Of a stretch of 13,643 bases of DNA, positions 8,123 through 13,643 are shown piece after piece. This DNA comes from Candidatus Hermodarchaeota archaeon (GTDB lineage: Archaea > Asgardarchaeota > Hermodarchaeia > Hermodarchaeales > Hermodarchaeaceae). Made by a program: the position numbers and the translations under genes. The DNA lies in assembly GCA_016839365.1 (NCBI GenBank), contig JAEOUH010000038.1, positions 1-13,643 of the forward strand. Direction: 5' to 3'. Below the pieces are notes generated by a model. The model did no database searches and had not been told where the DNA came from. It worked only from the letters and a program-made list of their open reading frames with translations. Each line of letters opens with the position of its first letter. Within the stretch, counting starts at the first letter, position 1.

Positions 8123-8806
8123 ATGTCGACACGAAAACCCAAAAAAGTCCGCAAAATGCGTGGGAGCCGCATGCACGGTTATGGACGAATAGGCCAACAT
8201 CGCAAAGGTGGCCAACGCGGTGGCAAAGGCAAAACTGGTGGACATAAACACGACTGGACCTATGTAACCGCTCATGACCCAGACCGCTTTGGCAAACAGG
8301 GCTTCCACCGCCATACCAAACTCCGTCAAAGTCACACCACCATTAATGTGGGCGAGATTGCTCGTAGTCTTTCTCAATTCACCGAAGGAAAACCTGCAAC
8401 TAAAGATGCACCCATTTCTATTGATCTTGCCGCACACGGTTATGATAAGGTGCTTGGAGCCGGATCGATAACGGTTCCCATATCAGTTACTGCTCCAATT
8501 TTTACTCACCGTGCAGCTGAGAAAATTAAAGCCGCCGGAGGGAAAATCAAAGGTTCTGTCCAAGAACCCACGAAGCATCCTGCACCGTCTCTAACTGAAC
8601 CCCCCAAACCCGCACCTAAGCCGAAGCCCAAGCCCAAAGCAAAAGGCGAACCGAAAACCAAGCCAAAAGCCGCAGCGAAAAAGGCAACCGGCAAGCCGAA
8701 GAAAGCACCTAAATCAGAAACTACGACCAAGCCAAAACCGAAAGCTGCTTCCACCAAGACAAAACCCAAACGAGCGGCAGCTACAAAAGGAAAGGCTAAG
8801 ACCTGA
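8123..8806 (+). CDS. rpl15: 50S ribosomal protein uL15 with a K/P/A/T-rich C-terminal extension of about 85 aa
   Basis: RKMRGSRMHGYG..GQHRKGGQRGGKG.TG..KH.W...FGKQGF...GYDKVLGAG...AAEKIKAAGG; SD AAGGAG upstream. Confidence 0.96.
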   Translation: MSTRKPKKVRKMRGSRMHGYGRIGQHRKGGQRGGKGKTGGHKHDWTYVTAHDPDRFGKQGFHRHTKLRQSHTTINVGEIARSLSQFTEGKPATKDAPISIDLAAHGYDKVLGAGSITVPISVTAPIFTHRAAEKIKAAGGKIKGSVQEPTKHPAPSLTEPPKPAPKPKPKPKAKGEPKTKPKAAAKKATGKPKKAPKSETTTKPKPKAASTKTKPKRAAATKGKAKT

Positions 8807-8820
8807 ACCAAAACATAATT

Positions 8821-8850
8821 AAACAGCAAAACCTTCCGCTGTTTTCACCT
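8821..8850 (+). terminator. Possible hairpin terminator or RNA processing site between uL15 and secY
   Basis: AAACAGC (8821-8827) pairs with GCTGTTT (8838-8844) as a 7-bp stem with a 10-nt loop, ending in a pyrimidine-rich run within an 88-nt intergenic gap. Confidence 0.3.
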
Positions 8851-8894
8851 TTGACACGGATTAACTACAAACACCAAATTTTGGGGCAAACGGC

Positions 8895-10433
8895 ATGAGT
8901 CGGTTTCTCAACGCACTGCGTCCATTGATTCGCATCATGCCAGAGGTCAAGGCACCTGACCGGAAGGTCTCGTTCCGGGAAAAAATCGTCTGGACCGCAG
9001 TCATCCTCATCTTATACCTCATAATGGCCAGCTTGCCTCTCTATGGTATCAACCAACAATTAGGATTTGACTACTTTTTCTGGCTTCGTACAATCCTCGC
9101 CTCTTCGCGAGGTACACTCATGGAACTCGGCATCGGTCCCATCGTGACAGCCGGGCTCATCATGCAGCTTCTTGTGGGTTCCCAACTTATTCGTGTCGAC
9201 ATGTCTGACCCCTATCAGCGGTCGCTCTACACTGGTGCTCAAAAAGTTCTTGCTATCTTCATGACCGCATTCCAAGCCTTCGCTTACATCTTCGCAGGTG
9301 CTTACGGGCAGATCCCCACTCAACTGTCCTTTGGCAACGCCATCTTGGTCTTCATCCAATTGATGTTTGCTGGCATTGTGGTCATCATGATGGACGAAAC
9401 CATTCAGAAAGGTTGGGGTCTTGGTAGCGGTGTCAGTCTCTTCATCATGGCCAACGTTTGCACCCAAATCATCTGGGGTATGATAGCAATCGTACCCCCA
9501 CAAAACCCAGACCTCACCACCATCCCCGCAGTACTCACCTACCAAGGAATCATCCCCTACGCCCTTCAAAACTTCAGCGGTTGGTCCGCGAGTGGTTTTA
9601 ATCCTGCTGCAATTTATGACCCATTCGCCGGTACTGGATGGGTGGCCGATCCGGTGACCATATGGTTTAGACCACAAAATCCCCGCGCCAGTGGCCTTGG
9701 CCTCATCACAACCTTCGTTACCTTCGTCATTGTCATTTACATGGAATCCTTCCGTGTCAATATCCCCCTGCAATACGCCCGCTACCGTGGCTTCCGAGGT
9801 CAATATCCCATCAAGCTCCTCTATGTCTCGAATATCCCCGTCATCTTCACCCAGGCTCTCTACGCCAATGTCCTCTTCATCACCCAAATCCTCTGGGTTC
9901 AAGTCCCCGCTCTCCAAACATCTTTCTGGTTCAACCTAATCGCCAGCTATTCTGCAGCATCTGGCGGTGGCAACTACTTGGTACCCAATCCCTTCTGTTT
10001 TGTCTGGTTCCTCACACCACCCATCGGCATTCTCTCACTATACGAACCCGGTGGATGGGTCAGAGCTGTTGGCTACGCTCTCCTCCTCATGGTCTTCTGT
10101 GCCGGCTTTGCTAGGCTCTGGATCGATGTCTCTGGTATCTCCCCACGCGACGTTTCCCGCCAACTCATTGGCGCTGGCATGCAAGTCCCCGGCTTCCGCC
10201 GATCACCCCAAGTCATTGAAAAAATCCTCAACCGCTACATCCCCACCGTCGCCGTACTCGGCGGAATCATCGTTGGTGGACTCGCCGCCTTCGCTGATTT
10301 CCTCGGTGCACTTACTACTGGCATTGGAATACTCCTTGCTGTCGGCATCATGCGGCAATACTTCGAGCTGTTAGCAAAAGAGCAGTTGGGTGAAATGCAC
10401 CCGATGATGCGTGGTCTCTTGGGTGTTGGCTAG
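8895..10433 (+). CDS. secY: Preprotein translocase subunit SecY (Sec61alpha-like)
   Basis: [19 protein letters not shown]...[26 protein letters not shown]...[13 protein letters not shown]...[14 protein letters not shown]...GMQVPGFR...LNRYIP; multiple TM segments. Confidence 0.98.
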   Translation: [512 protein letters not shown]

Positions 10434-10464
10434 CTAGGGCATAATGAGTCCTTTGTTGCAGGCT

Positions 10465-10479
10465 CGAAAAGCTCTTAAG
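10465..10479 (+). promoter_or_regulatory. Putative archaeal BRE/TATA internal promoter for the adkA-cbf5 segment
   Basis: CGAAAA (BRE-like, 10465-10470) followed by CTTAAG (TATA-like, 10474-10479), about 45 nt before the adk start in an 89-nt intergenic gap. Confidence 0.4.
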
Positions 10480-10522
10480 GCTAGGACCTTGAGTGTGCTA
10501 AGTTCCGCTGGAGGCCAATCGA

Positions 10523-11110
10523 TTGCAAGTGCGTAAAGTCGTCGTTGTGAGTGGTGTACCCGGAGTCGGGAAAACAACTGTGGTTACTGATGCGATTCGG
10601 ATGGTTGAGGACCGGCTTAATGTCTCGCTGATTACCTATGGGTCGGTGATGTTTGAGATTGCGCAGAAGATGCGGTTGGTCGAGAGCCGGGATGAACTTC
10701 GTCAGTTACCGGTGAAGAAGCAACGTGAAGTTCAGAAGCTGGCCGGTGAGCGCATCGCCGCGATGAGTAAGACGCAAGTTGTAATTGTCGACACGCACAC
10801 TCTGATTCAAACCGCGGATGGTGGCTATCTAATTGGTCTTCCTAAATGGGTGGCTGAAGCCATTCGTCCGGCGTCAATTGTGCTGGTCGAAGCGGATCCC
10901 GTGGATATTGCATCTCGTCGGACGAAGGATTCGACTCGGACCCGGGATGAGCAGATGATTGAGAATATTGCTTCTCATCAGTTGCTATGTCGGTCAGCTG
11001 CGATAGCTGTGGGTACCTTAACTGGTGCTACCGTAATGATTCTTAAGAATGTAGAGGGTAAAGCTGAGGAGACAGCAACCGCTTTTGCGGAGTTACTCTT
11101 GAAAGTGTGA
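10523..11110 (+). CDS. adkA: Archaeal adenylate kinase AdkA
   Basis: VVVVSGVPGVGKTTV P-loop, YGSVMFEIA...RDELR.L...IVDTH..I.T..GYLIGLP.WV...RR.KDSTRTRD; TTG start 8 nt after GGAGG. Confidence 0.95.
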   Translation: MQVRKVVVVSGVPGVGKTTVVTDAIRMVEDRLNVSLITYGSVMFEIAQKMRLVESRDELRQLPVKKQREVQKLAGERIAAMSKTQVVIVDTHTLIQTADGGYLIGLPKWVAEAIRPASIVLVEADPVDIASRRTKDSTRTRDEQMIENIASHQLLCRSAAIAVGTLTGATVMILKNVEGKAEETATAFAELLLKV

Positions 11111-11760
11111 TGGCCTTGCAAAATATATTCATTGAAATCGCCGTTGCTATCCGAGCCGCGCTGGGCTTTTGGGCCTATCCACCTTTGTCTGCGGTGGTTG
11201 TACTGTTGGTCAGTATCATAATCTCCTTGACATCGAATTTGGTGAACCGTCATTTCATTGATTATGACCGGCTCAAGCGATCGCGAGAAGAGATCAACAA
11301 ATACAACGCTATGAAAAAACAAGTCAAAGAGGAGGCTGATCCGAGGGCGCGTCGGAAACTCGAGTTGAAGATTAAGCGGCGTGAACGGTACATCATGAAA
11401 CTGCAAGGTGAAGTGAGTAAACAGTCGTTTGTTCCCATGCTGGTGACCATCATTCCCTTCATGCTGGTGTTCACGATTATGAATGGAGTTTTCGTTGATC
11501 CAGGATTGGCTTTCCCGCCAAATGCTATTCCCGCTCCGGTTCTTTGGTCTCCTCTGAATTTCGGTCAGTTATTAGGGCCCTTTGGTCTTGGGTTCGGGTG
11601 GCAGTATGGGCAATGGGTTGATACAGGTCCATACGCTCCAGGGGTACCATTTATGGGAATGGGCTTGCTCTACATCTACTGGTATATTATCTGTAGCTTC
11701 ACCATGAATATGATTATCCAGAAATTGCTAGGAACCACCATGACTTCTGCTTATGGATAA
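11110..11760 (+). CDS. EMC3/TMCO1 (DUF106, Oxa1-superfamily) membrane insertase homolog
   Basis: TM1, then a charged coiled coil (IDYDRLKR...MKLQGEV), PMLVTIIPF TM2, and the C-terminal YIYWYIICSF...IIQKLLG motif. It sits at the conserved position after adkA with a TGATG overlap. Confidence 0.9.
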   Translation: MALQNIFIEIAVAIRAALGFWAYPPLSAVVVLLVSIIISLTSNLVNRHFIDYDRLKRSREEINKYNAMKKQVKEEADPRARRKLELKIKRRERYIMKLQGEVSKQSFVPMLVTIIPFMLVFTIMNGVFVDPGLAFPPNAIPAPVLWSPLNFGQLLGPFGLGFGWQYGQWVDTGPYAPGVPFMGMGLLYIYWYIICSFTMNMIIQKLLGTTMTSAYG

Positions 11761-11776
11761 AGGCGCGTGTGATGCC

Positions 11777-12331
11777 ATGGGCTTGACAATTGCCATCAGT
11801 GGCTTACATGGAGCAGGCACAACTACCGTCGCTCAAGCGTTGGCTGAAACCTTCAATCTCCGTTACATTTCAGCAGGCATGATTTTCCGACAACTTGCTA
11901 AAGAACGGGGTATGTCTTTATCTGCATTCAGCAAAATCGCTGAACAAAATCCCCAAATCGATCAAGAAATAGATGATCGGACCCAACGTGAGGCAGAAAT
12001 CGGTAATGTAGTCATAGACGCTTATATCGCGGGATGGGTGGCGCGACGGTACGCGGACTTGACAATTTACCTGCATGCACCCCTTGAAGTTCGCGCCCTC
12101 CGGATTGCGAATCGCGAATCACGTCCTTATGAAGAAATCCTGGAAGAAACACTGACACGGGAAGAAAGTCAGCATGATCGATTCCAAGAATTCTATGGTA
12201 TAGATGTGACGGATACTCGCCTCTTTGATTTGGTTTTGAACACCGAACGATTTAACGCTGTTGCTACGATAAGTATATGTACCGCAGCGGTGAAGGCGTA
12301 TCTCGCGTCCTCCGGGAAGCCATCTGAATGA
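11777..12331 (+). CDS. cmk: Archaeal cytidylate kinase
   Basis: IAISGLHGAGTTTVA...YISAG.IFRQLAKERGMSL..FS..AE.NP.ID.EID...APLEVRA.RIA.RE...RF.EFYGID; an alternative ATG lies at 11753. Confidence 0.94.
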   Translation: MGLTIAISGLHGAGTTTVAQALAETFNLRYISAGMIFRQLAKERGMSLSAFSKIAEQNPQIDQEIDDRTQREAEIGNVVIDAYIAGWVARRYADLTIYLHAPLEVRALRIANRESRPYEEILEETLTREESQHDRFQEFYGIDVTDTRLFDLVLNTERFNAVATISICTAAVKAYLASSGKPSE

Positions 12332-12384
12332 CGCTGTTATGGTAACACGACAGTTGACTGCTAACCGGTGGAGGTTGAATCCCC

Positions 12385-12660
12385 ATGAGTTTAGTTGAAG
12401 TTGGCAGAGTTTGCGTGAAAACGCATGGCCGTGAGGCCGGAAAGAAATGTGTTGTAGTTGAACGTGTAGATAAGAACTTCGTCCTCGTCACCGGACCACC
12501 AGAAGTAACAGGTGTCCGTCGGCGGCGCTCCAATGTTGATCACCTGACTCCGACGAAGAATAGTGTCGACATCAAAGCTGGTGCAGAGGATGCCGCTGTT
12601 GCGAAAGCTATCACGAGTGCGAAGCTCACACCCTTTATGAAAGCAAAAGGAGATGAATAA
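12385..12660 (+). CDS. rpl14e: 50S ribosomal protein eL14
   Basis: VEVGRVCVKTHGREAGKKCVVVERVDKNFVLVTGPP.VTGVRRRR.NV.HL.PT; SD GGAGGTTGA upstream. Confidence 0.95.
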   Translation: MSLVEVGRVCVKTHGREAGKKCVVVERVDKNFVLVTGPPEVTGVRRRRSNVDHLTPTKNSVDIKAGAEDAAVAKAITSAKLTPFMKAKGDE

Positions 12661-12698
12661 CACAGGCCCTTCTAAAGGGGCTGAGGAGGACTTCGAAT

Positions 12699-13643
12699 CT
12701 GACAAAGTCGCAACTCCCTGCGGATAAGAAACGAACCCTAGTCACCCGTGCGGAGGACACCACGAACCCTGCCCATGGTGGTATCCCCCAGGAGCGAACC
12801 ATTCCCGAGCTGTTTCGGGATGGTATCATCAATCTGGATAGTTTGCTGAAAGGTGCTGAGCTCCCTTCCAAACCCAGAAAAACCTCCTGGACCAACCAGC
12901 CACGAAGTAGTTTCGTGGGTTAAACGCATTTTGGGACTGGATCGCGCAGGGCACTCAGGTACATTGGACCCCCAAGTTACAGGGGTACTACCCGTCATGC
13001 TTGGGAATGCGACAAAAATTGCGAATGCCCTCCTGACATCCGGCAAAGAATACATCTGTGTGATGCGAGTACACCGAAAGGAGAATCCCCAAAAGATCCG
13101 AGACGCCGCTGGTGAATTCGTTGGCACTATTTATCAGCGCCCGCCGGTTCGCTCTTCGGTGAAACGGAGACTGCGAACACGAGAAATCTACTACCTTGAG
13201 GTTCTCGAAATCGAGGATCAAAACGTCCTTTTCCGTGTAGGATGCCAAGCAGGGACATATATCAGAAAATTGGTCTTTGATCTCGGGGAGGTCCTCGGAG
13301 GAGGTGCCCACATGGCTGAACTCCGACGCACTCGCACTGGCCCTTTCAGAGAGGATGCCACTTTGGCTTCGCTCTATGATGTGATGGATGCCTTTCATTT
13401 CTGGAACGAAGAGAAGGATGAACGGCTTCTTCGCCAATATGTGCAACCATTAGAAAATGGGGTAGAACATCTTCCCCAGATTATCATTCGCGATACTGCA
13501 GTTGATGCGATTTGTCATGGGGCTAATCTTGCGGTGGCTGGTGTATTAAAACTCCATACGGATATTCAACCTGGTGACATGGTAGCTATTATGACCCTAA
13601 AGGGAGAGCTGGTGGCACTTGCGGTTGCGCAGCAGGAGAGTTC
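12699..13643 (+). CDS. cbf5: H/ACA RNA-guided pseudouridine synthase Cbf5 (TruB family plus PUA domain); spliced join(12699..12839,12880..>13643), 3' truncated
   Basis: Exon 1 reads (M)TKSQLPADKKRTLVTRAEDTTNPAHGGIPQERTIPELFRDGIINLD. Exon 2 is in a different frame and reads KPPGPTSHEVVSWVKRILGLDRAGHSGTLDPQVTGVLP...KEY...IYQRPPVRSSVKRRLR.R...CQAGTYIRKL...GAHMAELRRTR...DTAVDAICHGA, open to the window end. The CTG start is inferred. Confidence 0.95.
12840..12879 (+). other. Putative 40-nt bulge-helix-bulge (BHB/HBh') type pre-mRNA intron in cbf5
   Basis: CTGG (12834-37) pairs with CCAG (12874-77) as the 4-bp central helix. The 3-nt bulges are ATA (12838-40) and AAA (12878-80), and the inner helix is GTTTG (12841-45)/CAAAC (12869-73). 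Cleavage after the second nt of each bulge removes exactly 40 nt and joins GAT|AAA, giving D|K. Confidence 0.88.

Noticed and set aside
7562-8806. Hsp20-uL15 read-through fusion (same frame, one TAA plus 7 sense codons between them)
   Set aside because: uL15 has its own SD (AAGGAG) and ATG, TAA is rarely recoded, and a shared frame occurs by chance one time in three.
8807-8825. CCAAAA-CATAATTAAA as an internal secY promoter
   Set aside because: It is an AT-rich weak match overlapping a hairpin, too ambiguous to call without TSS data.
9060-9917. 285-aa antisense ORF inside secY, and the other minus-strand or alternate-frame ORFs in the track
   Set aside because: They are shadows of conserved + strand genes favoured by codon bias and show no recognisable motifs.
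11795-11830. Cmk P-loop GLHGAGTTT lacking the canonical Lys
   Set aside because: GxGTTT variants are common in archaeal cytidylate kinases, so this is not evidence of inactivation.
12845-12861. Two CTGA (box D-like) words within the intron suggesting a C/D guide RNA or K-turn
   Set aside because: There is no box C (RUGAUGA), the intron is too short for guide regions, and I could not build a convincing K-turn.
12853-12879. GTG 12853 as the true cbf5 start, in frame with exon 2
   Set aside because: It would discard the conserved N-terminal region and the GIINLD half of motif I, which are clearly encoded upstream in another frame.
12699-13643. cbf5 as a frameshifted pseudogene or single-base sequencing error
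   Set aside because: The disruption is a clean 40-nt insert, not a 1-nt indel. Its ends match EndA cleavage geometry exactly, and both exons are otherwise intact with all catalytic motifs.

Overview
Archaeal ribosomal-protein superoperon (end of the S10 cluster plus the spc cluster), all genes on the + strand: (uS3 tail)-uL29-Rpp29-uS17-uL14-uL24-eS4-uL5-uS14-uS8-uL6-eL32-eL19-uL18-uS5-uL30-Hsp20-uL15-SecY-AdkA-EMC3/TMCO1(DUF106)-Cmk-eL14-Cbf5 (3' truncated). The Sec61alpha-like SecY points to an Asgard or TACK (e.g. Bathyarchaeia) host, which is an inference. The main discovery is in cbf5, which the ORF track misses. It is interrupted by a 40-nt frameshifting insert (12840-12879) that folds into a bulge-helix-bulge-type splicing motif. 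Cutting at the canonical splicing-endonuclease positions restores the conserved ...INLD|KPPGPTSH... motif exactly, so this looks like an archaeal pre-mRNA intron. The gene also appears to start at a CTG and has exon-exon pairing around the intron. Other oddities are an IxI-less Hsp20 inserted between uL30 and uL15, long Lys/Pro/Ala tails on uS3, uL5 and uL15, the absence of eL34, and a C-to-G strand-skew flip near the secY/adk boundary.
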